Shown piece by piece: positions 37,953-48,102 of a DNA stretch of 64,000 nt (its first letter is position 1; each line of letters starts with the position of its first letter). The stretch is taken from positions 998 to 64,997 of the forward strand of contig SUUK01000005.1 in NCBI GenBank assembly GCA_015062535.1. The letters are read 5' to 3'. Position numbers and translations under genes: made by a program. Under the pieces are notes generated by a model, which saw nothing but the letters and a program-made list of their open reading frames with translations, made no database searches and was not told the DNA's origin. This DNA is from Alphaproteobacteria bacterium. Lineage in GTDB: Bacteria > Pseudomonadota > Alphaproteobacteria > RF32 > CAG-239.

Positions 37953-39089
37953 ATGGAGTGGTTATTAAACACAATTCATTATGTTGTACCTTTTATTGTT
38001 TTATTAGGGGTATTGGTTTTTGTTCATGAATTTGGTCACTTTATTGTGGCTAGAAAACTTGGCGTTAATGTTAGCGCTTTTTCCATTGGATTTGGAAAAG
38101 AACTATGGAGTGTAACAGATAAACAGGGAACTGTTTGGAAAATATCAGCTATTCCTCTTGGTGGATATTGTCAATTTTTGGGTGATGCTGACGAATCGTC
38201 TTCTACTAGTGAAGTTGATTTATCTAAGTATAGCGAGGAAGAGCAAAAGCATCTTTTTGCAACACAAAAACCTATCAAAAAACTAGCTATTGCTATTGCT
38301 GGACCTTTCTTTAACTATCTTTTTGCATTTGTAGTATTTTTTGGACTATTTTTCTTTATTGGAAGCTACGACATTCCTCCTGTTGTATCTGGCGTTATTG
38401 AAGGTTCTCCAGCTGAAAAAGCCGGCATTTTGGAAAAGGATGTAATTTTAGAGGTTAATGGAGTTGAGATAAAGGAATGGACTGACATATCAAGAGAAAT
38501 TAGCGTATCTAGCGACAACGTTAATTTATTGATTAAAAGAAATGATGAAAAAATAAGTGTTACTGTGCCTCTTGAAGATATGGATTATGCTTTTGATGAA
38601 CAAGAAAAACCAATAAAAAGAAGAATGATTGGTATTAAAGGAGAAGCAAAACGCTTTAGAGATGCAAAAAGTGATTTTAATTTCACATTATCTGTAAAAA
38701 AAGCTGCCTTAGAGGTGTATAATGTGACCGACATGACATTGCGCGGACTTGGACAAATCATAAGAGGAGAACGCTCCAGTGAAGATGTTGGCGGTATTAT
38801 AAGAATTGCAGAAATGTCTGGAGATATTTCTAGATCTAGAGGCATTTGGGACTTTATATCTTTTATGGCGCTACTTTCAATTAATTTGGGTTTAATAAAC
38901 TTATTCCCAATCCCATTACTTGATGGTGGACATGTTGTAATTTATTTGTTAGAAATAGTATCAAGACGTGAACTTAATGCAAAAATAAAAGATTGTTTGC
39001 TAAAGGTTGGGGTTGGTTTTATTTTGTTTTTAATGGTTTTTGCCACATGGAACGATATAAAACACCTTATTGAACGTTGGTTTGAATAA
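37953..39089 (+). CDS. rseP: RIP zinc metalloprotease RseP
   Basis: HEFGH motif in TM1, a PDZ domain, and C-terminal LLDGGH. Confidence 0.85.
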   Translation: MEWLLNTIHYVVPFIVLLGVLVFVHEFGHFIVARKLGVNVSAFSIGFGKELWSVTDKQGTVWKISAIPLGGYCQFLGDADESSSTSEVDLSKYSEEEQKHLFATQKPIKKLAIAIAGPFFNYLFAFVVFFGLFFFIGSYDIPPVVSGVIEGSPAEKAGILEKDVILEVNGVEIKEWTDISREISVSSDNVNLLIKRNDEKISVTVPLEDMDYAFDEQEKPIKRRMIGIKGEAKRFRDAKSDFNFTLSVKKAALEVYNVTDMTLRGLGQIIRGERSSEDVGGIIRIAEMSGDISRSRGIWDFISFMALLSINLGLINLFPIPLLDGGHVVIYLLEIVSRRELNAKIKDCLLKVGVGFILFLMVFATWNDIKHLIERWFE

Positions 39090-39106
39090 CTTTTGGGGAT
39101 TTAAAA

Positions 39107-41359
39107 ATGAAGTTAAAATTAACAGGGATTTCATTGCTAGCATTGTCTATTTGCTCTAATGCTATGGCTCAAGAAATAGTTAGCAATATTGATATATCAG
39201 GACTTCAAAGAGTGGAAAAAGAAACTGCTCTTTCTTATGCTGGTATTAAAACAGGAAGTGTTGTATCTTCTGAGGAATTAAACAATGCTTTACGTAGATT
39301 GTATGATACTGGATTGTTTAGTGATGTAAGTTTTGACACCAAAGGAAACACTCTTGTTATCAATGTTACTGAGAATCCAGTAATTGGAGTTAGAGCTTTT
39401 GATGGTAACAATAAAATTGATGATAAGATTTTAGAATCTGAAGTTCAATCTCAACCTCGTTCTGTTTTTAGCAAAGCCAAAGTTCAACAAGACGTTCAAC
39501 GTATTTTAGATGTTTATAAAAGAGCTGGACGTTATGGTGTAGAAGTTGAACCTAAAATCATTAAAAAATCTGACAACAGAGTTGATTTGATTTTTGAAAT
39601 TGAAGAAGGTCCTGAAGCTAAAATTGACACCATTAACTTTATTGGTAACAAACACTATACAGGTAAAGATTTACAAAATGAAATCATGAGTAAAGAAAGC
39701 CGTTGGTATAGACTATTTTCTAGCGCAGAATCTTTTGATAAAGAAAAAATGAATTATGACCAAGAGTTATTGAGACGTTTTTACAATAGCCATGGTTATG
39801 CAGATTTTGCAGTATTGTCTGCCATTGCTGAATTGTCTCGTGATAAAACATCTTTTGTTTTAACATTTACTATTGATGAAGGAAAACGCTATAAAGTTAG
39901 CAATATAAAAATTAACTCTAATGTGGCAGATATTGACCCTAACCAATGGTATGAGTTTGTTACTTTTAACAATGGCGATTGGTATAATTCTGATGAAGTT
40001 GAAAAAACAGTTAATGCTTTAACTGAAGAATTATCTCGTAAAGGTTTTGTGTTTGTTGAAGTATCCCCAACTATCAACAAAGACAGAGAAACTGGTAAAT
40101 TAAGTGTTGTTTTTGATATTAAAGAAAATGCAAAAGTATTTGTAAATAGAATTAATATCACTGGTAATACTAGAACTCTTGATGAAGTTATCCGTAGAGA
40201 ATTTAGAATTGCAGAAGGCAATGTATTTAATGCTTCTAAGATTAGAGAATCTAGACGTAATGTTGAAAGATTAAACTTCTTTAGCAAGGTTGATATTGAC
40301 TCTGAAAGAGTTGGTTATGATAAGGCAGATATTAACGTTAATGTTGAAGAGAAGTCTACTGGATATTTCAACGTTGGTGTAGGATATTCTACTGTTAATG
40401 GTGCACTTATTAGAGCTGGTATTACAGAAAATAACTTCTTAGGAAAAGGACAACAAGTAAGCTTGAATGCTGGCATGTCTCAACGTTCTAATGATTATAG
40501 CTTTAGCTTTACTGAACCTTATTTCTTAGATAGAAGATTAAGTGCTGGTACTGACTTATTCTACCAAACAGAAGATTACCAAGACGAAAGTAACTATGAC
40601 ATGGATACAATGGGTGCTAGAATTCGTTTTGGTTGGAACTACACAGACAACTTAAGTCAATATGTTCGTTATACACTTAAACAAGATGAAATTAAGAACG
40701 TAAATAGCGCTTCTAAGTATATTAAACAAGAAGAAGGCGAATCTATTGACTCAGTTATCGGTCAAACAATCGTTTATGATAAGAGAGATAATTTCTTGAA
40801 ACCACGTGAAGGTTACTACTTGTCATTTGGTAACGATATCTCTGGTCTTGGTGGTGATGATAAGTACTTAAAATTTGATGCTAAAGCATATAAATTCTAT
40901 ACATTATCTGACCATTATACATTTAAGTTCTTCATCAATGGTGGATATATCACAGGATATGGAAACGAAGATGCTAGACTTGCTCAAAGATATTTCTTAG
41001 GCGGTAATACTATGAGAGGTTTTGATACTGGTGGTATTAGTGCTAGAGATAAAGCAACCAAAGACGCTTTGGGCGGTAACTGGATGGTATGGGGAGGTGC
41101 TGAGCTTGCATTCCCACTTGGATTGGATGAGCTTGGTATTAGAGGTAGAACATTCGTTGATATTGGTACAACAGGTAAACCTGACAATATTGACAAAGCT
41201 GATGTTGACTACTCTTCTAGTCCTCGTGTTGCAGTTGGTTTCGGTTTCGAATGGACTTCTCCAATGGGTAAAATTGATATCGACTTCGGTTTCCCAATTG
41301 TTAAAGAAGACTACGATGAAACAGAAGTATTCCGTTTGAACTTTGGTACAAGTTTATAA
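39107..41359 (+). CDS. bamA: outer membrane protein assembly factor BamA
   Basis: 750 aa with a signal peptide, POTRA repeats and a C-terminal beta-barrel ending ...FRLNFGTSL. Confidence 0.9.
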   Translation: MKLKLTGISLLALSICSNAMAQEIVSNIDISGLQRVEKETALSYAGIKTGSVVSSEELNNALRRLYDTGLFSDVSFDTKGNTLVINVTENPVIGVRAFDGNNKIDDKILESEVQSQPRSVFSKAKVQQDVQRILDVYKRAGRYGVEVEPKIIKKSDNRVDLIFEIEEGPEAKIDTINFIGNKHYTGKDLQNEIMSKESRWYRLFSSAESFDKEKMNYDQELLRRFYNSHGYADFAVLSAIAELSRDKTSFVLTFTIDEGKRYKVSNIKINSNVADIDPNQWYEFVTFNNGDWYNSDEVEKTVNALTEELSRKGFVFVEVSPTINKDRETGKLSVVFDIKENAKVFVNRINITGNTRTLDEVIRREFRIAEGNVFNASKIRESRRNVERLNFFSKVDIDSERVGYDKADINVNVEEKSTGYFNVGVGYSTVNGALIRAGITENNFLGKGQQVSLNAGMSQRSNDYSFSFTEPYFLDRRLSAGTDLFYQTEDYQDESNYDMDTMGARIRFGWNYTDNLSQYVRYTLKQDEIKNVNSASKYIKQEEGESIDSVIGQTIVYDKRDNFLKPREGYYLSFGNDISGLGGDDKYLKFDAKAYKFYTLSDHYTFKFFINGGYITGYGNEDARLAQRYFLGGNTMRGFDTGGISARDKATKDALGGNWMVWGGAELAFPLGLDELGIRGRTFVDIGTTGKPDNIDKADVDYSSSPRVAVGFGFEWTSPMGKIDIDFGFPIVKEDYDETEVFRLNFGTSL

Positions 41360-41373
41360 TAAAGGAAATAACA

Positions 41374-42387
41374 ATGGCTGATAAAATTTTTTATGAATAC
41401 AGCGGACCAAAAAACTTAAAAGAAATTGCTGAAATTGCTGATGCAGTTTTGGTTGATGAAAGTAAGGCAAATGAGCAGATAGAAAATATCTGCTCTATTG
41501 AAAGTGCTGGTCGTGAAGATCTTTGTTTCTTTTATGATAAGAAAAACAAAGATAAAGCTAAAACAATTAAATCTAAAGCTTGTGCAACTACTGAAGAATT
41601 AAAACACTTAATTCCTGAAGATGTTGTAGTTCTTATTGTTAAAGACCCTAAGCTTTCTTTTATTAAACTACTTCATGCTTTTTATAGGGAACATGAACAT
41701 GAACCAAAAATTGAAGATAGCGCAAGAATTTCTCCTTTAGCAAAGATTGGTAGCGGGTGCTATATTGGTCATAATGTTGTGATTGAAGATGATGTTGTGA
41801 TTGGCGATAACTCAGTTATTGAAGCAAATGCTTTTATTGGCAGAGGTTGCCAAATTGGAAACAACTGCAAAATTGCAAACAATGCTAGCATATCTTATTG
41901 CTTAATGGGTAATGATTGTTATATCTATACCGGTGCTAGAATTGGGCAAGATGGTTTTGGTTTTTCTGTTGTTGAAGGAAAACATAAACGCATTCCTCAA
42001 ATTGGCAGAGTTATCATTGGTAATGATGTTGAAGTTGGTGCTAATGCTTGTATTGATAGAGGGGCTCTTGATGACACAATTATTGGTGATGGATGCAGAA
42101 TTGATAATTTAGTTCAAGTTGCACATAATGATAAAATTGGTAAATACTGCATTTTGGTTGCCCAAACAGGTATTGCAGGTAGTTGTACTTTTGGCGACTA
42201 TGTTGTTTGTGGTGGACAAACTGGATTTGCAGACCATTTAAATGTTGGCAGTGGAGCTCAAATAGGAGCACAATCTGGTGTTATGCGTGATATTGAACCG
42301 GGAGCTATTGTGATGGGAACTCCTACTGTTCCATTTAAGGACTTTATGCGCCAAGTTGCGTTCTTGCAAAAAAATAGTAAAAAGTAA
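41374..42387 (+). CDS. lpxD: UDP-3-O-acylglucosamine N-acyltransferase
   Basis: Left-handed beta-helix hexapeptide repeats, in bamA-lpxD-fabZ order (no skp between them). Confidence 0.85.
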   Translation: MADKIFYEYSGPKNLKEIAEIADAVLVDESKANEQIENICSIESAGREDLCFFYDKKNKDKAKTIKSKACATTEELKHLIPEDVVVLIVKDPKLSFIKLLHAFYREHEHEPKIEDSARISPLAKIGSGCYIGHNVVIEDDVVIGDNSVIEANAFIGRGCQIGNNCKIANNASISYCLMGNDCYIYTGARIGQDGFGFSVVEGKHKRIPQIGRVIIGNDVEVGANACIDRGALDDTIIGDGCRIDNLVQVAHNDKIGKYCILVAQTGIAGSCTFGDYVVCGGQTGFADHLNVGSGAQIGAQSGVMRDIEPGAIVMGTPTVPFKDFMRQVAFLQKNSKK

Positions 42388-42405
42388 TTAAGGAGACTTA
42401 AAAAA

Positions 42406-42858
42406 ATGTCTGAAGAAGTAAAAGTGTATAATATTGAAGAAATTATGAAAATGTTACCACATAGATACCCATTCTTGTTGGTTGACCGCTTGGAAATTGA
42501 AGTTCCTGGTGAAAAGGGTGTTGGCATTAAAAATGTAACAATGAATGAAGAATTTTTTCAAGGTCACTTTCCTAACAATCCTGTAATGCCTGGTGTATTA
42601 CAAATTGAAGCTATGGCGCAAACAGCTGGTGCTGTTACTATTGCTCAAGACGAAAACTATGCAAACACATCTCGAAGTGTTTTGTTTATGGGTGTTAATG
42701 ATGTTAAATTTAGAAAACAAGTTAAACCTGGCGACCAACTAAGAATGCATGTTGAAAAAATCAAAGCTCGTCGCAATATTTTCGTTTATAAAGCAGTGGC
42801 TATGGTGGATGGTCAAGTTGCATCTGAAGCAGAACTTACAGCTATGATTGTAGATTAA
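42406..42858 (+). CDS. fabZ: 3-hydroxyacyl-ACP dehydratase FabZ
   Basis: Contains LPHRYPFLLVDR...GHFP..PVMPGVL. Confidence 0.9.
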   Translation: MSEEVKVYNIEEIMKMLPHRYPFLLVDRLEIEVPGEKGVGIKNVTMNEEFFQGHFPNNPVMPGVLQIEAMAQTAGAVTIAQDENYANTSRSVLFMGVNDVKFRKQVKPGDQLRMHVEKIKARRNIFVYKAVAMVDGQVASEAELTAMIVD

Positions 42859-42893
42859 TTTTAAAAAAATACTATTATTTGCTATTGAAAAAA

Positions 42894-42927
42894 TTAGAGA
42901 TAGGATTTATCTTATCTCTAATTTTTT
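42894..42927 (+). terminator. fabZ terminator (9-bp stem ttagagata/tatctctaa + T6)
   Basis: Hairpin followed by tttttt between fabZ and sufS. Confidence 0.65.
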
Positions 42928-42939
42928 AAGGAATAAGAA

Positions 42940-44157
42940 ATGTTTGATGCGCAAAAAATAAGAAATGACTTTCCTATTCTTCAAGAAAAGATTGAAGGAA
43001 AGCCTAATACATATCTTGATACGGCTGCCTCTGCTCAAAAGCCTGAGGTTGTAGTTAATCGTATGGTTAAAGCATATTTGGAAGAATATGCAAACGTGCA
43101 TCGTGGTAGTTATTTTTTATCTGATAAATCTACCGAAAACTTTGAAGAAGCTCGAAAAATTGTACAAAAGTTTTTTAATGCTAAAAAAACAGAAGAGATA
43201 ATCTTTACTCGTAATGCAACAGAGGGTATTAACCTTGTTGCGGCAACATATGGTGCTAAAAATTTAAGGGAAGGTGATGAGGTTTTATTATCTAGAGCAG
43301 AACATCATGCCAACCTTGTTACTTGGCAACAATGGGCATTAAAAACAGGTGCTAAATTAAAGTACTTTGACCTTGGTGAAGATGGTAGTTTTGTTTTAGA
43401 AAACTTTTTAAAAGAGCTATCTAGCAAGACAAAGATTGTGGCTGTTACTGCTATGTCCAATGTATTGGGAACAATTTTTCCAATTAAAGAGATTTGTAAA
43501 AAAGCGCATGAAGTGGGGGCAGTTGTTTTAGTTGATGCTTGCCAATATGTTGTACATAAAAAAGTTGATGTAGCTGATTTTGATTGTGACTTTTTAGTGA
43601 TTTCTGGTCATAAAGTTTATGGTCCTACTGGTATTGGTGTTTTATATGGAAAATACGAGCTATTAAATGATATGCCTCCTTATCAGTATGGTGGTGATAT
43701 GATTGAAACTGTTTCTTTTGAAAAAACAAGTTTTGCTTTGCCTCCGGCTCGTTTTGAGGCTGGAACTCCTGCAATTGTTCAAGCAATTGGTCTTGGTGAA
43801 GCATTAAAGTATTTAATGAAGTTTGACTTTAATGAAATTGAAGAATATGAAAGTATGCTCACATCTTATATGACTGACAGATTGCTTGAAATTAAAGGAT
43901 TAAAAATACACGGAATGGCAAAACAAAAAGGTGGAGTTTGCTCTTTTAGTATAGATGGAATCCATCCTCAAGATTTAGCTTTTATTTTAGGTAAAGAAGG
44001 TATTGGCGTTAGAACTGGGCATTTTTGCGCAGAGCCTTTGGTTTTATCTCTTGGATATAAATCTTTAACAAGAGCATCTTTGGGAATTTATAGCAATAAA
44101 GAAGATATAGATATTTTTATTAAAACATTAGAGAAAGCAAAAACTTTTTTAGCATAG
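42940..44157 (+). CDS. sufS: cysteine desulfurase SufS
   Basis: Class V aminotransferase with PLP Lys in SGHKVYGPTGIG, and the SufS-type catalytic region containing the active-site Cys (RTGHFCAEP). Confidence 0.85.
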   Translation: MFDAQKIRNDFPILQEKIEGKPNTYLDTAASAQKPEVVVNRMVKAYLEEYANVHRGSYFLSDKSTENFEEARKIVQKFFNAKKTEEIIFTRNATEGINLVAATYGAKNLREGDEVLLSRAEHHANLVTWQQWALKTGAKLKYFDLGEDGSFVLENFLKELSSKTKIVAVTAMSNVLGTIFPIKEICKKAHEVGAVVLVDACQYVVHKKVDVADFDCDFLVISGHKVYGPTGIGVLYGKYELLNDMPPYQYGGDMIETVSFEKTSFALPPARFEAGTPAIVQAIGLGEALKYLMKFDFNEIEEYESMLTSYMTDRLLEIKGLKIHGMAKQKGGVCSFSIDGIHPQDLAFILGKEGIGVRTGHFCAEPLVLSLGYKSLTRASLGIYSNKEDIDIFIKTLEKAKTFLA

Positions 44158-44168
44158 TAGATTGAACG

Positions 44169-44600
44169 ATGACAGAAGAAAATAAAATAAATGAAATTGA
44201 TGAAAATGAAGCTCAATTATTGCAAGCAATGAGTGTTGATGATGAATTGCCGGTTTATAAGGCTTATGCCGGTGAAGAGCTCATCAACAAGTCTGATATT
44301 GCTAAGATGTTTGATATTGTAGAAGCTATAAAAACAGTTTATGACCCTGAGATTCCTATTAATGTGTATGATTTGGGACTTATTTATAAAATTAATCAAG
44401 AAGATGGGGGAAATTTGCATATTGATATGTCTTTAACTGCTCCTGGTTGCCCTGTTGCAGGAGTTCTTCCTCAACAAGTAGCTGATGCTGTTGCAACATT
44501 AGATGGTGTTGGAAAAGTTGAAGTAGAAGTTGTTTGGGAACCTGCTTGGACTCTTGAAAGACTTAGTGAAGATGCTAGAGTAATGCTTGAGATGATTTAA
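44169..44600 (+). CDS. sufT: DUF59/MIP18-family Fe-S assembly protein (SufT-like)
   Basis: DUF59 core (VYDPEIPINVYDLGLIY...LTAPGCP). Confidence 0.7.
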   Translation: MTEENKINEIDENEAQLLQAMSVDDELPVYKAYAGEELINKSDIAKMFDIVEAIKTVYDPEIPINVYDLGLIYKINQEDGGNLHIDMSLTAPGCPVAGVLPQQVADAVATLDGVGKVEVEVVWEPAWTLERLSEDARVMLEMI

Positions 44601-44612
44601 AAGAGGTAAAAA

Positions 44613-45020
44613 ATGAGTATTGAAACATTGATTGATGACTTTTCTTTTTTAGAATCGTGGGAAGATAGGTATAAATATCTTATTGAACTTGGCAATAAAT
44701 TACCTCATTTTAGTGATGATAAAAAGCTTGATGAGTGGAAAATTGTTGGTTGCCAATCTCAAGTGTGGATTATTCCTCATTTAGAGGCTAATCCGATATA
44801 TTTTGAAGGCGATAGCGATGCTATTATTGTTAGAGGAATTATTGCTGTTGTTTTTGAAATTTTTAAAGATAAATCTGCACAAGAGATTTTAGATATTGAT
44901 GTTGAAGAAATTTTTGATAAGATAGGTTTAAGAGAACATATAACCCCTAATAGACGAAGTGGAATGCAGTCTATGGTTGATAAGATTAGATACTATGCTG
45001 CACAAACTCTGAAGGATTGA
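44613..45020 (+). CDS. sufE: sulfur acceptor SufE
   Basis: 135 aa with the active-site Cys in VGCQSQVWI. Confidence 0.8.
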   Translation: MSIETLIDDFSFLESWEDRYKYLIELGNKLPHFSDDKKLDEWKIVGCQSQVWIIPHLEANPIYFEGDSDAIIVRGIIAVVFEIFKDKSAQEILDIDVEEIFDKIGLREHITPNRRSGMQSMVDKIRYYAAQTLKD

Positions 45021-45021
45021 G

Positions 45022-46227
45022 ATGAATATTCACGAGTATCAAGCAAAAAGCATTTTTAGTAAATTTGGAATTAATGTGCCTAATGGTTTTATTGCTTATA
45101 CTCCCAAAGAAGCCAAAGAAGCGGCATATAAGATTAGTGAAATTGGACCTTGGGTTGTAAAAGCACAAATTCAAGCTGGCGCTCGTGATGAAGGAAAATT
45201 CTCTGATAAAAGAGCGGGAAAAAAGGGCGGAATTAGGCTTTCTAAATCCATTGAAGATGTATATTCTAATGCAAATGAAATGCTTGAGAATATGTTGATT
45301 ACAAACCAAACAGGAGCTAAGGGGCGTTTGGTTAGTAGAGTGTATGTTGAAGAATATATAAAATCTGTAAATAAATTTTATGTTGGTCTTACGATAGATA
45401 AAGAAACTGCATCTGTTGTTTTGATTGTATCTTCTGACTATGACAAAGATAATGAAGATATTATCAATGCTATGGAAACACCGAATAAACTTTTTAAGGT
45501 TAATCTTGGTTTGCAAAGAAAAATTGATAAAAAACAAGCCTCTGAGGTTTGTGATTTTATGCAAGCAAAGGTTTTGGTTGGCGACATGAAAAACTTTATT
45601 GATAGCCTTTTGAATGTCTTTTATACATATGATGCCACCGCTGTTGAAATTAACCCTATTGGTGTTACAAAAAACGGGCAAATTTGGGCTTTAGATGCTA
45701 AAATTTGTTTTGATTCTAATGCTCTTTATAGACACAAAGATATTACTTCTATGGTTGACGAAGCAGAGATTGAAGAAAGAGAATTAAAAGCCTTAAAATT
45801 TGGTTTCCAGTACAAGGAATTGGATAGCGGTATTGGTATTATTGTAAATGGTGATGGATTGGCTCTTAATACAATAAATGAAGCGAAAAACATTAATCTT
45901 GATACAGCATGCTTTTTGAACCTAAAAGGTGGTGTTGATAGAGATAAAATTGCGGAAAGCATAAAACTTATTATGACGAATCCAAAAGTTGATGGTATTT
46001 TTATTAATATTTTGGGTGGTTTCTTGCGTTGTAATTTGATTGCAGATGGAATATTGAATGTTGCAAATGATTTAGGGCTAAATATACCTTTAATTGTTCG
46101 CTTCGAGGGAACTAATAAAGATGAAGCAACCGAGATACTTAATAAATCAAATTTATCTTTTTTGATTGCTGAGGACACAGCATCTGGTTTGAATATGCTA
46201 AAAAGAGCAATTGAGGAGGATTTCTAA
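45022..46227 (+). CDS. sucC: succinyl-CoA synthetase beta-subunit homolog with degenerate ATP-grasp glycine-rich motif
   Basis: N-terminus MNIHEYQAKSIF matches SucC; the canonical QxHAGGRGKAGGVK is replaced by QIQAGARDEGKFSDKRAGKKGGIRL. Confidence 0.7.
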   Translation: MNIHEYQAKSIFSKFGINVPNGFIAYTPKEAKEAAYKISEIGPWVVKAQIQAGARDEGKFSDKRAGKKGGIRLSKSIEDVYSNANEMLENMLITNQTGAKGRLVSRVYVEEYIKSVNKFYVGLTIDKETASVVLIVSSDYDKDNEDIINAMETPNKLFKVNLGLQRKIDKKQASEVCDFMQAKVLVGDMKNFIDSLLNVFYTYDATAVEINPIGVTKNGQIWALDAKICFDSNALYRHKDITSMVDEAEIEERELKALKFGFQYKELDSGIGIIVNGDGLALNTINEAKNINLDTACFLNLKGGVDRDKIAESIKLIMTNPKVDGIFINILGGFLRCNLIADGILNVANDLGLNIPLIVRFEGTNKDEATEILNKSNLSFLIAEDTASGLNMLKRAIEEDF

Positions 46228-47093
46228 TGTCTATTTTAATAAACAAAAAAACTAAAGTTTTGGTGCAAGGTATTACAGGTACTCAAGCGTCTTTCCACGT
46301 ACAAAGAGCATTAAAATATGGCACTAAAATTGTTGCAGGTGTTGTGCCAAGTAAAAAAGAAGATTTTCATTTGGGAATTCCTGTTTTTGAAACAGTAAAA
46401 GAAGCAAAAGAAAAAACAGATGCTACTGCTTCTATTGTTTTTGTTCCTGCAAAGTTTGCAAAATCTGCAATTTTGGAAGCAATTGATGCCAAATTAGAAC
46501 TTGTTGTAGTTATTACTTCGGGTATTCCTGTTGGTGATATGATGGAAATAAAACATAGGCTCCAAAACTCAAAAACAATACTTATTGGCCCGAATACTCC
46601 AGGTGTTATTACTCCAAATGAAGCTTATATGGGAATTTTTCCTGATAATATTCATAACTCAGGTAATATTGGCATTGTTTCATCGTCTTCTACTTTGACT
46701 TATGAAATAGTTTTGGAGATGAATAAGATTGGTCTTGGTCAATCTACTGTTGTTGGTTTGGGTGATGACTTTATTGTTGGTTCTTCTGTGGGGAGTATTA
46801 TTGAAAAATTCAACAAAGATGCAAAAACTAAAGCTAGCGTTATCATAACTGGAATTTATGGAAATGATGAAACTGAGATTATTGAAAAATACTCTAAATT
46901 AAAGAACAAAAAACCGGTTATTGCATTGATTATTGATGACAACACTGCTCTTTCTGAAGCAAATAGTATTGCAGAATTAATTTGTAAAAATAGTTTTGAT
47001 GTAAGTGACAGAAAAAACAAATTAAGAGATGCTGGCATTATTGTTGTTGACAACATTACAGATTTGAAAAAAGAACTGCTTAAAGTATGTTAA
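46227..47093 (+). CDS. sucD: succinyl-CoA synthetase alpha-subunit homolog lacking the phosphohistidine loop
   Basis: N-terminal CoA-binding fold is conserved (KVLVQGITGTQASFH). The MGHAGAII catalytic-His segment is absent and the C-terminus is divergent. Confidence 0.7.
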   Translation: MSILINKKTKVLVQGITGTQASFHVQRALKYGTKIVAGVVPSKKEDFHLGIPVFETVKEAKEKTDATASIVFVPAKFAKSAILEAIDAKLELVVVITSGIPVGDMMEIKHRLQNSKTILIGPNTPGVITPNEAYMGIFPDNIHNSGNIGIVSSSSTLTYEIVLEMNKIGLGQSTVVGLGDDFIVGSSVGSIIEKFNKDAKTKASVIITGIYGNDETEIIEKYSKLKNKKPVIALIIDDNTALSEANSIAELICKNSFDVSDRKNKLRDAGIIVVDNITDLKKELLKVC

Positions 47094-47809
47094 AAAGAAT
47101 AAAGAAAATTATTGATGCAATACTTCCACCAAGATGCTTGATGTGTGGTGGAATTGTTAATTCGGATAATAGTTTATGTAATGAATGTTTTTCTAAGGTA
47201 AATTTTGTTAGTAGACCATATTGCAAACATTGTGGTGTTCCTTTTGCTAAATCTGTTAGTGATGGCGAGGCTCTTTGTATTCACTGCCTTAACCCTAAAA
47301 ATAATGATAAATTTAGACTTTTACGTTTTGCGGTGGAATATGATGAATTTTCTAAAAAAGCTATTTTAGATTTTAAGTTTTTAGACCATGTTGAAAACAG
47401 AAAACTGCTTACAAATTGGCTTAATATGGCAGGTAATGATATTTTTGATAGTGGTGTTGACTTGATTATTCCTGTTCCCTTGCATTTTACAAGACTTGTA
47501 AAAAGAAAATACAATCAATCGGCAATATTGGCAAAAGAGCTTTCTAAAATTCGCAATATCAGTGTTGATTATAAAAGTCTAAAAAGAAAAAGAATGACCA
47601 TTCCTCAGGTTTTATGCTCTGGTAAAGAACGATTAAAGAATGTAAAAAATGCATTTGAAGTTGTCAATGCTGAAAATATTAAAGGAAAGAGAATCGTTTT
47701 GATTGATGATGTTTACACAACTGGTGCAACATTGAGAGAATGCGCGCTTGTTTTACTTAAAAGTGGAGCTAAGTCTGTTGATGCACTAACGATTGCTAGA
47801 GTTTGCTAG
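47087..47809 (+). CDS. comF: ComF/GntX-family phosphoribosyltransferase-domain protein
   Basis: N-terminal 4-Cys zinc finger (CLMCGG...CNEC...CKHCG...CIHC) plus a C-terminal PRTase motif (VLIDDVYTTGATL). Confidence 0.8.
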   Translation: MLKRIKKIIDAILPPRCLMCGGIVNSDNSLCNECFSKVNFVSRPYCKHCGVPFAKSVSDGEALCIHCLNPKNNDKFRLLRFAVEYDEFSKKAILDFKFLDHVENRKLLTNWLNMAGNDIFDSGVDLIIPVPLHFTRLVKRKYNQSAILAKELSKIRNISVDYKSLKRKRMTIPQVLCSGKERLKNVKNAFEVVNAENIKGKRIVLIDDVYTTGATLRECALVLLKSGAKSVDALTIARVC

Positions 47810-47813
47810 TAAT

Positions 47814-47842
47814 AAAAAAAGCAGGCAAGTCCTGCTTTTTTT
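47814..47842. terminator. bidirectional terminator aaaaaaagcagg-caagt-cctgcttttttt
   Basis: Perfect 6-bp stem with A7 and T7 flanks, between comF (+) and the small minus-strand ORF. Confidence 0.75.
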
Positions 47843-48080
47843 ATTTAACACTTAAGAGCTTTTCGTATTTTCTTAAAATGCATTCAGCAATTCCAGCTAA
47901 ATCATTTTTATCACTGCTCTCAAAAGAACGCTCTTTAACTAGCATTTCTGACGTTAGCTCAAAAACATATCCTGTATAATCTCTTAGACAGTTTTTTTCT
48001 TTTTGTTTTTTAGCTTTTGTTTCAAAAGCGCTGTTGCGAATAACTTCGGTAAGTTCTTCTGTTTTCTTTTTTTTGAACAT
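47841..48080 (-). CDS. hypothetical small protein (79 aa), downstream of tolC on the same strand
   Basis: ORF starts 22 bp after tolC and has a terminator at its 3' end. Confidence 0.45.
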   Translation of the reverse strand: MFKKKKTEELTEVIRNSAFETKAKKQKEKNCLRDYTGYVFELTSEMLVKERSFESSDKNDLAGIAECILRKYEKLLSVK

Positions 48081-48102
48081 TCTTTTTGCCTTTTATTTTA
48101 AT

